From the human T2T-CHM13v2.0 reference genome, Homo sapiens, in assembly GCF_009914755.1 (NCBI RefSeq), contig NC_060925.1: a DNA stretch of 64,000 nucleotides. One strand, 5' to 3'. The position numbers and the translations under genes were made by a program. Shown in pieces: positions 40,381 to 54,006 of the stretch (the first letter of the stretch is position 1; each line of letters starts with the position of its first letter). Below the pieces are notes generated by a model. That model worked only from the letters and a program-made list of their open reading frames with translations. It was not told where the DNA came from and did no database searches.

Positions 40381-42169
40381 AGGATCTGCTTGGTGGTGGC
40401 CGGGGCACCATCGTTGTGGCTCGTTGTAGATTAAAGGCCATTAGGAAAGGCTGTGCAAGTGTCTTTGAAACTGCGGACGCTGGTCAGATGCAACCTCTGG
40501 TTCCACTGTGCCCCTCCCCGAAATCTTTACCCCCACGTGGATGTCCCCCGAGTCTGAATGAAATGACAACCTACTTGGCAGAGACTCAGTTGATTTGGTC
40601 TTATGCCAGCACATAACTGGCCTCAGTTCTTGTCAGAGGAATGCTTGTCTTTGCAAGTTTTTTTGGTCCTGAGGACTTCCTAGTGGCCTGTCATCCCTGA
40701 TAGAATTCTTGGGGTGCAAGGCATCCCTGTTAGTTCTGTGAAGGAATCCACACTGTGTAGGCCCTGTCAGCCCTCACTCCCTCCAGTGTCTGACACATCA
40801 TGTTTCTTGAACATAGAGGTTCCTCGTTCTAGAAGCCACCTAATAGGCAGTAGGAAATAATCAAATAAAAAAAAGGCTGGATGTCCAGTTGAATGGAGCT
40901 CTTGGACTGAGAGAAACTGTACTTCTTAGAGCAGAAAAAAAATGCATAAACTTACTTGACTTCAAAGTCCTTTTCCTCGCTCTGCCTCCAAACCTGTGCT
41001 GGCGCCTGAGAGACCGAAATGGACGGTGTAGTCGTCATACTCAGTCTTCCTGCCTGCTCATCTACTTGGACTATGGAGTTAAAAAACCAGGAAGGACTGA
41101 AACCCACAAAAACCTCACCACACTCTTTCTAGTGCTGAGTAGTCTTAACTATGGAGTAATGAGGAGATGGGCACAAAAACTGTTTCTTTGAGCTCACTTC
41201 CTACAGCATAGACTGTCGAGGATTTTGTGCTTGCCTGTGTGTGAGTGTTTCTAAAACAGGGACAATGACGTTATTATTGTCTGATATTTGCATTCCACAT
41301 ACTAAAGTCAGTGACTTTGTCTCTTCTGATTGTTGGAAAGCTACTCCCACCAAGGTTAAGTGCAGTCCTTTGACCTGTAGCATTGTGGGTGGCCTGAGTG
41401 GGGACCGTGACCCAAGGTTTGCAGAAGGTGAAGGAATAAATAGGAAGGTAGGGGCCTTTGCTGAACTTAAGCTCAAAGCCCTCCAAAAAGAGGCCTCTGA
41501 CGCATATTTCTTCCTTGGTTGATTAAGCATGGACAGGGGATTTATGGGAAAATGTGTGGCAACCAAGCAGCCATTTTCCATTTTTTCCTACCTATGGCCA
41601 TGGCACAAGAATGGAGTGGGAGCAGGGATGTCCATAAATAGTCTGGCTTTGGTTTAACAGAGACAATTCCTTTCACAATCACAGCTTTAGCATGTGCTAA
41701 AAATGACAATGCCATCCAGTGTCAATTGTTCCAGGGAGACCCTTCATTCCTAGTTACAGCAATAAAACCGCTGGTGGGTGGTCGCTGCTACTGGTTGTCT
41801 TCATTATCATTTCATTGTGCTTATGTGAGGCCCGGTGCACTTTGGAACTCTCAGGCATCTTTAAAGCCTTTCATGCATTGGAGTGGCTTGACATTCATAT
41901 TTATATATCTTGCTTGCATGGCAGCAGAATCGCTATTCTTAGGGTCCTCATCTTTTGTGCATTCAAGGTCACACCCCACTTACGTGGGAACTGTAATATA
42001 CCCTGAGAACTTCAAGCATTGTAACTCAAATCTGCAATCCAGAGTCCTCTTGGGTGCTTAAAGCTCTGCCTCTTGATTCATAGTCAAAGTGAAGCCTAGA
42101 ATAAGCTTGTTGAATTAAGATAATTTGTGTTTACTTTAGAAACTTTAACAGGTTTACCTTGGAAACTTT

Positions 42170-43530
42170 TGAAGTTTTGTCATCTTTAAGACATATCCCT
42201 CAATGTTGCATTTCTAAGCAAATGTCTGCTTGTCTAAATCAGAAACCTGGACATCACACCCAACTCTTTTTCCCTCAGTCTCTCTATATAGTGAGTCATC
42301 CATTGTGTTCAATTCTATTGATGAAGCATCGTTTGATCTCCCACCTTCATCCTCATCCTAAACCTCTAGCCTTGCTGCTCTCTGATCTGTCATCTATACT
42401 GATGTTACCGGAAAGGGTTCCCAATCCAGACCCCAAGAGAGGATTCTTGGATCTCACGCAAGAAAGAATTCAGGGCCAGTCTACAGAGTAAAGTGAAAGC
42501 AAGTTTATTAGGAAAGTAGAGGAATAAAGAATGGCTACTCCACAGACAGAGCTGCCCGAGGGTTGCTGGTCACCCATTTTTATGGTTATTTCTTGATGAT
42601 ATGCTAAACAAGGGGTGGAGTATTCATGCCTCCCCTTTTTTGACCATATAGGGTAACTTCCTGACGTTGCCATGGCATTTGTGAACTGTCATGGCGCTGG
42701 TGGGAGTGTAGCAGTGAGGACGACCAGAGTTGCTCTCGTCGCCATCTTGGTTTTGGTGGGTTTTGGCCAGTTTCTTTACTGCAGGCTGTTTTATAAGCAA
42801 GGTCTTTATGACCTGTATCTTGTGCCAATCTCCTATTTCATCCTGTGACATCAAATGGCTAACCATCTGGGAATGCAGCCCAGTAGGTCTCAGCCTCATT
42901 TTACCCCACCCCTATTCAAGATGGAGTTGCTCTGGTTCAAATGCCTCTGACACTGATGCCAGAGTCAATTTTCTGCAATATAAGCCTAATTATGCTGGGT
43001 TCCCCACGGCCTTCAGAGTAAATGGCAACATCCTTAGTAGCCTAGAAGAATCTTCATTGCTTGGTTTCTACCTCCCTCAGTTTCTCCCAGAGGCCCACAC
43101 CCATGTTCCCTACAGCCAGGTGTCCAAAAGGGCCTTATTCCCTGACACATCCCATCCTCAGCCTCAGTTCCTCCTTATTTGGGAGTGCATTTTTTCCTCC
43201 TCTTCTCTTAGCTAACTTCTATTTCTTCATGAAAACTCACCTTAAGTATGTTCTGCTCCCAACACCTTTCCTTTTGGAGCCCACCAGGGCTGAATTCGGC
43301 GCCCCTCCTCTACCCTGATCTGTGACCCTTGACATGCTCTGTACTCTGCCCAGCCGGTGTGGCCCCCGGATTGCCATTGTGGATTTGCTGGTCTCTGTTT
43401 CTCATGGACCGTGAAGTCCTAGAGAGTGGGAACAGTCTCTTTTCTTTCTCTGCCTCCCTAGAGATTCCATAAGGCTGACCCACAGAGAATGGGTAAGTTA
43501 TTGTTGGACACATATCAGATAAATGCTGCT
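42170..43530 (+). mobile_element. L2 relic split by MER41A
   Basis: cagaaacctgga...tgccagagtcaattttctgcaatataag...ctgggttccccacggccttcagagtaaa. Confidence 0.65.
42403..42952 (-). mobile_element. MER41A (ERV1) solo LTR
   Basis: tgttaccggaaaggg...gcctctgaca, 550 bp, 4-bp TSD ctga; lacks the GAS segment (tattcatg^cctcccc). Confidence 0.93.
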
Positions 43531-45499
43531 AAATTACACATGAAATGATCCTTCAAGGTGGTAGTATAGATCAAGAGTCTGAACCCAGTAGAGTAATAAA
43601 ATAGCTTCTTGTTATCACTTGAAATTATATAAGCAACAACTGAAATTCTAACCAGGAGCTCTGAGCGCTGCCGTTGGGAGGATTCCTGCTAGGGACATCT
43701 CACTGCTTCTGATGGCTTAGGATTTGTTGGGCCACTGTTTCCCTGGGCACATGTTGGTTTATTTGCTTGCTTTTATGGTTCGTTTGCCATTTCCCTCATA
43801 AGGAGATGAGCCGTGCATCAGGATCTTTCCTTTCTCCAAGGCCATCAATGATTCACGTGAGAATTTCATACCACATGGCAGAATCGTTCACATTAGAGTC
43901 CTCCACAGGCCAAAAGGAAATAGTATATTCAGGGCTCATCCTTTGCATAGAAAGAACTCTGTTCACCAAGGCATTTTAAACCTGGGATTTAATCAGTTAC
44001 TTTGCGAAAACTGAAATGATGTCCTTCCCCCATTTCTGAGAGCGAATTTGAGATTAGGCTGGGTGATATATCATGAGAAAAAAAGAACAGAATGAATGGG
44101 GATGGCCTGAAGCTCAGGTGGGTAATTTCCCAGCATCTTCCCCATGCTGCTCCCTGGGGCTTCCCAGGTAAACTGTGCACTGGCTTCCAGCAGCCTTTCC
44201 CTGGTCTCTAGGTGGCCTTTGTTTAAGCATTACATGGATGTTTGCAAGATTATTCAAGTGATTTCCCACAATTTATTTCAAGCATTTACTGTAGGTGGCT
44301 TCAGAATTTTAAGTAGCATGTAAACTACAGACCACCTGCCTCAATGCACCATATCCAGCATCGGTTTTATATCCTAACAAGACGGGATAAGGCACAGTTC
44401 TTGAACTGCTGCCAACTCTCCAGAAAGGCACTGGGTACATCGGAAATGCCTTCCGGGGGCCTCCTAGCACTGTCCGGAGCATTTGTCCTTCAGAGCCTGG
44501 CCCCAGACCTGTTCCTCTCCCCATAGCTGGGTTCACCAAAGGCACTTCCTGATAACTGTTCCAGGACTCAACAATCAAAAATGAAAAAAATCAGAGAATG
44601 TTTTAAAGCCCAAGGATATAAAGTACTAAGACTCTTCTAAAACCTGATTGTCCTTCTCCAGTGTGGTAAGCAGGCTCTGACTCACTTCCCTCCTAGATAG
44701 GATTTCCTCCTGTGTATACTCCCAGAGCTAAGAGATTCTTCGAATGCCTTTGCCATTACCCGCATTTCTTCAGTTTGCATCTCTGAATATTCTTAGGCTG
44801 TGCTGAAGGTGTTTCTAGCCACATGACACTATCTTCATCGCTTTTGGCATTATCCATATTGGCCTCTCCTCTGGGGTGGTCCCTGGGGATTGGTGGCCCC
44901 TCACCTTACATAGGTGTCACTGGGCATGGATATGGTTGTCTCATGTCTAGGGTGCTCCATGGTCAGAGCAGAGCTCCCACATCCCAGGCAGGTCTGGAGC
45001 AACCCCCAAAACAGAGCGGGCTCTTGTGCCTTCAGGAGGTATCAATGACATCTACTGTCAGTCTGAACAAAAAGCTACCCTTTGGAAAGAGAGCAAACCA
45101 AATTCATACGAGCTCACAGAACTCTCTCCACTAATCATGCACTTTGATTAAGTGTTCTCACATGATCAATGCTGAGTGAAACTTTAGACCCTACTAAAGC
45201 CTCTCAAAGACGCAGTCCCTGTGCTCCAAACACCTGTTCTTGCTAATGAATCATCGTGAAATGCAAAATCAATCCTATGCGGATACATTGATGGCCTCTT
45301 AATATTTTTACCCTAGCCTTGTAGGGCAGTGCATTGGGTGCTTTTTGATGTTTTCATGAGTTTGAGTATTGCTAATGCTGATCATTACATTAAAGAGGAG
45401 CATTCATTGGATTAAACCTTACAACGTTTTTGTGTGGTAGATGGGAAGAAACATAATCTTAGCTTTTAGCCTGTGAGGTATTATAATCTCACATTACCA

Positions 45500-46600
45500 T
45501 TGAGGGAGATAAGGAGCAAACATAAAAAGCCAAACAAACAAATGCTATCATTTCAGGTACTTCTAAGTACACTGAGGAGATAAAATAGGGCCCTTATATA
45601 AGACAGGGAACCTGGGGACTGGGATGGAAGACAGGGCACTGCTTAATCAACAGAGTGAGGAAGGCATGCGTCTCTAAGGAGATGCCAGAATGAGAGGCAG
45701 GGGCCACACAAATTCCTGGGGAAAGAGTGCCCCAAACAGCAGGATAGCAGGTGCAATGGTGTTAAGATAAAAATGGCTGTGGCTAAATGGACAGTATGAC
45801 TGTAGTGCAGAGGGCGAAAGGGAGAAGGGTCCCTAGTTAGGTGAGAGGAGAAGGCAGGAGCCAGAACACGGAGGCCATTTCAAATTTTATTTTAAGCATC
45901 ATTGAAAGACATCAGCAAAGTTTAGGCAGGGGAGTGATATCATCTGATTTATGCTTTAGAAAAATCACTGTATCTGCCCTGTGTAAGATGGACTGTAGGA
46001 TGCAATGAGGAGATGAGAACAGGTTAGGAGCAACAGTTCATAGGAGAAATGATGGGACCTGGGACCTGGTTGTTGCAGTTGAGGTGGTGAGCATTGGTCA
46101 GCTTGGGGATGTACTTTGCAAGTAGTGTTGACAGGATGTACTCATGGATTGGGTGTAGACTCCAAGGGAAGGAGAAGAATCAGTAACAACTCCAAGGGTT
46201 TTAGTCTGAGCAATTGGGTGGACAATGATGCCACATACTGAAAAGGGGAAAGCTCAGTTGGGATGGGAAGAAGTGATCTGAGGGCAGAAAAAGATGAAGG
46301 TTTCAGCATTGACACTGTTGGTTGTGGGGTGCCTCACTTAGTCATCTAAGCAAGGATGCTTAGATGAGTATGTGAATCTGGAGCTCAAAGGCATGTCAGG
46401 GCTGGATAAATAAATGTGATGGTCAACAGCAAGGAAATATGTCTTAAATCTATGGGACTGGATGAGATCATCTTGGAAGGATGTAGATAGATTAGAAAGT
46501 CAAGAATGGAGTCTTAGGATACCCCAACATTTAGAGAAAAGTGACAAGGAGGCGCCATTAGGAGAGCTGAACACAGAGCCAGTGACGTAGAATAAGAACA
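45500..46600 (-). mobile_element. L2a LINE, long fragment
   Basis: gcaggggagtgatatcatctgatttatgctttagaaaaatcact...caactccaagggttttagtctgagcaattggg...gggactggatgagatc. Confidence 0.85.
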
Positions 46601-47293
46601 GCTTCCACCTGAGAGAGCCGCAGGGCCAGGAGGTCCTTACGGCGCCTCCAGGGGTCAAAGAGCAGGGAGGGAGTGGATGGGAGCTTTCAGATGGGGAAAG
46701 AGGAGAGAAGAGGCAAGTTTCTCAGTGTCTACTAGACCATCTCGGTGGAGTAGCTGGGGCATACTCTGACCTTTTTCTCCAGTCTCATCGGGGCTGTCTA
46801 TCTGGGAGATACAAACCTTCACAACACTCCACAGTGTTGCTTGCTCCACTTTGCTTGTGTGTGTGGGTTCTGGGACTAGGGACCAGCAGTGCCAGTCCCC
46901 TCAACTCACCATCAAGATGAAACATCAGGATATCAAATGGCCCTGAGAGGTTTTTCATTATAAACCATGCCACAGGCTGTCTACAAAATGCTGTAATGTG
47001 AAACTCAACATACTATTAAAAACCCAACCAAGGCCGTCATCAAGGAAGAGAAACATCCAGTGGGATGCTGGAGCTCTGACAGCCACCTCTCTGACCAGAC
47101 CCCTTTCTGAGAACTGATTCTAATCACCATAACTCAAATATCACATTTTCCAAGAATTCCATATAAAAAAGAAGAAACCCAGAACCTATTAGGTTTGAGG
47201 TTAGGAAGTTGAATGTTCTAGATGGTTCTGGGCCTATCTAGCAAAGGAGACACGTCATTTTTCAAAACCATCCCCCCTTATTGTTTTGTACAG

Positions 47294-47628
47294 TTTTGTT
47301 TTGTTTTGTTTTGAGAGAGGGTCTCGCACTGTCACCCAGGCTGGAGTGCGGTACTGCAATCATGGTTCACTGCAGCCTCGACTTCCTGGGCTGAAGCCAT
47401 CCTCCTACCTCAGCCTCCTGAGTAGCTGGGACTATAGGTGCACCACTACACATGGCTAATTTTTCTTTTTATTTATAAAAATTATTTAAAATAGTATTTA
47501 TTTATATTTTGTAGGGACAAGGTTTCTCCATATTACCAAGGCTGGTCTCAAACTCCCGGGCTCAAGCAATCCCCTCATCTTGGCCTCCCAAAGCACTGAG
47601 ATTACAGGCATGAGCCACCGCACCAGGC
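47294..47628 (-). mobile_element. AluJ SINE with expanded AT-rich linker
   Basis: Antisense Alu consensus. Confidence 0.95.
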
Positions 47629-48858
47629 ATGTAGTATTTTTGTTAGAATGGTAATAGTCACAGCTCAAGCCTAAATGAGGAATCTCAAGGTCATCGTGCC
47701 TGGATTCTAATGTCTGTGATAATAATGATGTGAAACTAGCTACATTTCATTGATAAGTTGTCATGACAAGTCCAGAAGATCTTAAACTGACATAACATTT
47801 TCAACGGACAGAAGAAACCAAGTGGCAGAATTTTTGAGGAAGCATTTATTCCTAGGAGGAGTATACAAAGTGTTAGTATAAGGGAAATAGTTTATTCTAT
47901 TTTTTGTAGCAAAATACTGTAAAAATATTATACTAATACTGATATTAGTAAAAAATGGACTTCAAATGAAAGTGATTTCAATAGTATAATTGAGCATATA
48001 TACATAATTAGATCTGTTTTCTCAGTTAAACCGATGGATACATTCAGACAAATGACCAATTTAGTCAAACATTTAACCAAAAAGAAAATAAAATGAATTT
48101 CTAGTTGTTTGAGTGAAAGTATTTGGTTAATTGAGTCCAAACAAGCACATCATCATGGTGGAAGTATCTGCTTGCTCAATAAAGATAAAAAAATGTTAGT
48201 TTACATTAATTAGATTAGATTTATTTAGACTAATGAGTGGGAGTTTGATGATGTTGAATGTCAGCTTACTAGTACAAACTTCTGCTACTATAGAAAGCGA
48301 TAGGATATCAGAACTGGGAACCAATGTAAAAGTAATGGGCACTTGACATTTGTAATGATTTTTTAAAAAGAAGAGTTCATGAAGCTAATTAAGTAATGTG
48401 ATCTGAGAACAGTGTTCTTCTGCCCAAGGTTACCATGGGTATGAAAATCTAAGAGAGCTCAGATGACAAGACAAACGCCATATTGCCTGTTTCCCCCATG
48501 AGTTAGTCATGTTTCTGTGGCAGTGGTGGGATCTTATAGTTCTTTTGTGTTTTTTGTCACATGTGCAAGAATAACAAGAGTAAATATTCGTAAGAACCCT
48601 TTGCTACATCTGGGTCTATTAGAACTTAATTTTCTCAATCTCTCTGGAAGTTTACAGCTCGAGTAAATAGATAACTTTGGTGAGTAAAAGGGGTATGAAA
48701 TCTACCATTTGATAAATTCAGGGGAAGAAATTATTTTCCATGTTCCACAGGTAAATTTCAAACATAAGAGCATTTAAGAAGCCATTGGAATTTAGGAGTG
48801 AGGTAAAAACCTGTGTGAGCACGTCTAGGGAAACCCAGCTTTTGGGGATTTGAAATAG

Positions 48859-49164
<306 letters not shown>

Positions 49165-49342
49165 TCATTTATCACTCTTAATTGCACAAAAAGGTATTAT
49201 AAGCCTTGATTACCTGAGATTGTTGTCTGAGTTCTTCCTGTTTTCTTAGAGATATCTGCCATAGTATTTTTTTCAATCCCAAATAGAGCTTGTGAAGGAA
49301 CTTTGTTCACTTAAATGACATGTAAGGCTTTGATATCTGAAT

Positions 49343-49566
49343 GCAGCTTTGACCTCATGGGCTCAAGTGATCCTCCCACCTCAGCCTCCTGAGTAGCTCG
49401 GACCACAGGCACAAGCCACTGTGCTCAGACAATTTTTTAAATTTTTTGTAGAGACAAGGTCTCACTACATTGCCCAGGCTGGCCTCAAACTCCTGGACTC
49501 AAGTGATCCTCTCACCTCAGACTCCTAAAGTGCTGGAATTATAGGCGTGAGCCACCGTGCCTGGCC
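49343..49566 (-). mobile_element. AluJ lacking its 3' end and tail
   Basis: Begins abruptly at tgcagctttgacctc; tgaatg on both flanks. Confidence 0.9.
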
Positions 49567-49649
49567 TGAATGTATTTGTATCATCATCTCTTTCTTATTT
49601 GAAGGCATACAGAAACAATAAAGTAATGGTTGTCTATTCCAGTTTGGTT

Positions 49650-49840
49650 GCATAGCATGAAGAGGCAGCAAGCCTACCCAAATGAGACATATACAGGTTG
49701 AAATCCTACGGTTTCTTCACCTATTAAATGGGGAAGATAATCCCTAAGTCAGAGGTTATGGTGAAGATCACCTAAGATAAAGCATGCCCAGTCCCCTAAC
49801 ACATAGTTAAGTGTTTAATAAATGTTAATAGCATCATTAT
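49650..49840 (+). mobile_element. MIR SINE
   Basis: gtttcttcacctattaaatgggg...acatagttaagtgtttaataaatgtta. Confidence 0.75.
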
Positions 49841-49844
49841 GATC

Positions 49845-51440
49845 TAAAACCAACTTATGTTCTATTATAACAACCTTCTAATGGGTTCCCTGCTTCTATT
49901 CTTACTCCTCTACCCAGTAGTCAAAGTGACCTTTTTTAAACATATAAATTAATCTTGTAGTTCCCCTACTTAAAACTACCAATGGCTTCTCATTGCTGTT
50001 AGAATCAACTCCAAGTCTTTTCCCGTGAGCCACAATGATGCAGCAAGCGCTATGTGACCTAGCCCCTGCCGAGCTCTCCATCAGGGTCCTTACCGCTCTT
50101 CTCCTAGAGCTCTAGTGGCATATCTAATGTCTTTTCGCACCTCAAATGTGCAAAGACTATTCCCCAATACTGCCTTTGCCTTGGCTACTTCCTCTTCTAG
50201 GCCTTCCTAGATCATAGCTGGATCTTTTCTGTAGTTTCAGTCTTAGATCTAATGTCATTTCCTTGAGTGATCCTTCCCAATCAATCTCTTCCTCCACCCC
50301 CAGCATGACTGAGGCATAACTGACAAATCAAAATTATATATATATATATTCAAGGTATATAATGTGATATTTTGATATATGCATACATTGTGAAATGATT
50401 GCCACAATCAAGCGAATGAATGTATCACCTCACACAGTTACCTTGTGTGTGTGTGTATGTGTGTGTGTGTGTGTGTGTTAAGAATACTTAAGATCTGCTC
50501 CCTTAGTGAGTGTTAAGTATGTAATATATTATTATTACCTATAGTTGCCATGCTATACTTTAGGTCTCCAGGACTTACTCAGTTTATAACTGCAAGTTTG
50601 TACCCTTTGACAAATGTCTCCCTATCTACCCCACTCCCCAACCCTTGCTAATCACCCTCCTACTCGGTTTCTAAGAGTAAAACTCCTTTAGATTCTACAT
50701 AGAGGAGAGATTGTGCAGTATTTATCTTTCTGTGTCTGGCTTATTTCACTTAGTATAATGATCTCCAGGTTCATTCATGTTGTTGCAAATGGCAGGATTT
50801 CCATCTTTTTCAAGGCTGAATAATATTTCATTGTACATGTGTATGTGTATGTATATCTGTGTATATATATACACACATACATATATGTATAGATACATAT
50901 ACAAAAACATATATGTATATATATACACATACATACACACATAACATACATTAACTACAACACCATTTTTGCCAAATGGGAAATATATTTAAATTATGGA
51001 GTCTGTGTCTGCCTAAAAATAAATTGTCGTCTTTTCTGGTCAATGTATAGGTCTAGGATATGGACATAGACACACACTGCGTTTCTTCCTCCATCCATCC
51101 ATTGACAGTTAGGTTGGGTCTATATTTTGGCCATTGTGAATAATGCTGCAATGAAAATAAGAGTGCAAATATCTCGTCAAGATAGTGATTTTATTTCCTT
51201 TATATATATACCCAGAAATATTACCAGTCTTAAATAGCTCTCTTCTTACCCCACAAACACCTTTATCAAATCGCAGTTTCAGTTTTCTAATAGCACTATC
51301 ACTATCTAAAATTATCTTGTTAACTGATTTGATAATTTTTTTTCCCAGTATCCCCTAGTAGAAAGTAAACCCCATGAAAGCAGGATTTTGTGTTTAACAA
51401 GTAATAGGTATTCAATAAATAGCTATTAATAAATGAATCA
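49845..51440 (+). mobile_element. L2 relic split by L1M
   Basis: cttctaatgggttccctgcttc...aatggcttctcattgct (5' part); gtaaaccccatgaaagcagga...ttcaataaatagctattaataaatgaat (3' end). Confidence 0.75.
50308..51220 (-). mobile_element. L1MA9-like 3' fragment with internal (TG)n and (TA/CA)n repeats and a 121-bp foreign insert
   Basis: catacattgtgaaatgattgccacaatcaagc...ccaggttcattcatgttgttgcaaatggcagg...gtgaataatgctgcaatgaa. Confidence 0.9.
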
Positions 51441-51758
51441 GGAAGAGGGCAAATGCACTCAAGAAATATCATGAAATAGATAATAATCTTTAGAACATAC
51501 TAAATTATATTTTCATTAAGGTATAGGTGTGTATGTGTGTGTGTGGCATAGAATTTTATAGTTGATCAAAGTGATAAACAAAATCAATGGTGACGGGGTT
51601 TCATAATTCTAAGAAAACTGGAAAACCCTTCCCTAGAGGCCAGAGTCTCAGGGAACATTAATGGGAGTGATCTGGCTTTAATGTGTATGCTCAGTTTGGA
51701 GTAGATTAAGACTTCATGTCCACCCTTCTTTCTAGCCATGCTGTAATCCCATACTCAC

Positions 51759-54006
51759 AGGGACAATGAAATGGTACAGGGGAGAAGGCACCCGGAATTT
51801 CCTTGTGCATGTTCATTTCCTCAGGGTCTGATTCACTTAAAAGACAAAAGAAATGGGAGGTTTTATTGATCTGAGGAAGCCTGAGCTCTCCAGTGTTTCT
51901 GTCTTTCCAGGTAACCACACAGCCTCATCCTGGGGAAGCGAGAAATGGTAACACATAACTGGCCACCGTCCAAGCTCCTTAGAATAGAAGTTCATGGGAG
52001 GAAGCATCCACATGTGCACTCACATCTTCAGAACGCTGCGCCTCCTGCCCCCAAACACACTGACCTCTGCCTTTTCAAAGGCAAAATTTGATCCATTAAT
52101 GTTCCCCAGTGTTGGTTTCATAAAGCGTTTGGATGGGCCCTTCTTCACAAATGAATAAAAATGAGTAAAGTCCTCAGAATCAAAGGAAAGCCAGGACTGG
52201 CTTCCAGAAGCACGAGGCAACCCAGAGAGTCCATCTGCAGCCAAACCATGCAACAGACCCAGCCACAGCTTAGAGGCTGGCAACAAGTCTGCCTGCAGGA
52301 TCTGCCAAGGAACCAGATGCTGTTGCTTCCAAAGCTTGGCATCAGGGCCCCTGATTGCCATCCAACAAAGAGGAAAAATAGGAATGATATAATGTGGTGG
52401 GATAAAACACATCCCACCTCAACCTTTTTTATTACTCACTGAAAAAAAATATGGAAGATATTTATGGGAAAGTACCAATGTTTTTGGAAATATTGTACAT
52501 ACATTAGCTACAACACCATTTTTGCCAAATGGGAAATATATTTAAATTATGCAGGCTGCGTCTGTCTAAAAATAAATTGTCATCTTTTCTGATCAATGTA
52601 TATGTCCAGGATATGGAAATGACTCTGCTGATTGAGGATGCTGTCAACCAGTGCACTTGTAAGTTACCAGGAAGTAAAGTTGTGAAGAAGTCAGTCTGTG
52701 TATGTGCATAAAATAGCAATTAATGTTGTTGTAATAGAAAGTGAGTTTCAGGAAGATTGGGCTTTGAAAAAGAACTATCCAGTGAAGGTGGAGTGTTGAA
52801 TTTCATGGTTCTGCAAAGTATTAGGAGTTCTGTGAGGCTGGATGAGATAAGATGTTTATGAAAAAGTAGAATGTAGTGAAGAGCTGTACGTGCCAAGGCT
52901 CCAGGGTGGTATTAATAACCCACTATATGTGACAAAGTACTGTGCAAAGTACTGCTATGTATTGAAAATTCATTGTCATTTCTCTTCCTCCGGGTTTGCA
53001 ATAAGCAAACTCGTGTCAGTCTGATACTTGTGAAATTTCTATTGTTTTGAGAGTGACTCAGGATTCTCCATCTAAAAATTGGAAAAATAAGGTGGCATAA
53101 GTGTTTGCCTCTTCGTTGTCAGATGAGATGAGGGGTCTGACTGATACCAATGTGCTTCCACTTTTCCCTGGATCCACGCTCACCTGAGATTCCACCCTCG
53201 AAGTCACCACAGGCTTCGGCAGTGCCACGAGAGTTGATTCCAGGAGGCTTCAGCTGAAATCCATATCACTTCAGCACATGATCACGGGCAAATTTGTCAT
53301 CTTAGCTCACTGATAGGCATTTGAAAACAGGAGACAGTCTGTGAGTGACCAAGGAGACTGTGAGGGCTTTGGACAAGCCAAGCCTAGAGCCCATGACCGA
53401 TGAGGAGTTGAGGGGGCAATGCTGTGGTCAAGGTGGGACACTTGGAAAAACGTCCCCTTCTCCACTGCTTTGCCAGGTTATTGCACATTCTGTCTCTAAA
53501 CTGAGAATCTAGCAAAATACCTTAAAAAAAAGTTTTTGGTCTAAAATGCATTTGCTTTCTAAGTCGCCCATTTACATGTGAACAGTTGCAATTCAAATAT
53601 CATTTCTTAACCCCAGATCCTTGGGTTCCTCATATGAATTTAAAAAATAAAAAAAGACAATCAATTTGAATAGCATACAAAGATCATTTCAGAAAGGAAT
53701 GATGAGATTTTAAATTTTTTTATTTTTATTTTTTGTATTTCATGCAACTCCCACACTTCGCAGAAAGAAATGTGGTTGAAAAAAATATATAGCATTTTCA
53801 TGTAGAGCTTTCAAAGATCTTAAGTCCCTGGACCCTATTTCAGAGAAAAGTATTGCCTTAAAGGGCAGCCTGAAGGGCCTGGATTCACTCACCTGCCCCT
53901 CATGGAGCAACTAACGCACACAGACTCAGACACTTGTCCACAAGAGCCCACACACACTTCAAACAAAGACACAGAGAGATTAGTAGACACTTCTTGGTTT
54001 CCAGGT
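51759..54006 (-). ncRNA. Predicted exons of a spliced antisense transcript (53893-54006, 52024-52438, 51759-51835)
   Basis: Each segment has a polypyrimidine-AG acceptor and a GTGAGT donor on the minus strand. Prediction only. Confidence 0.4.
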
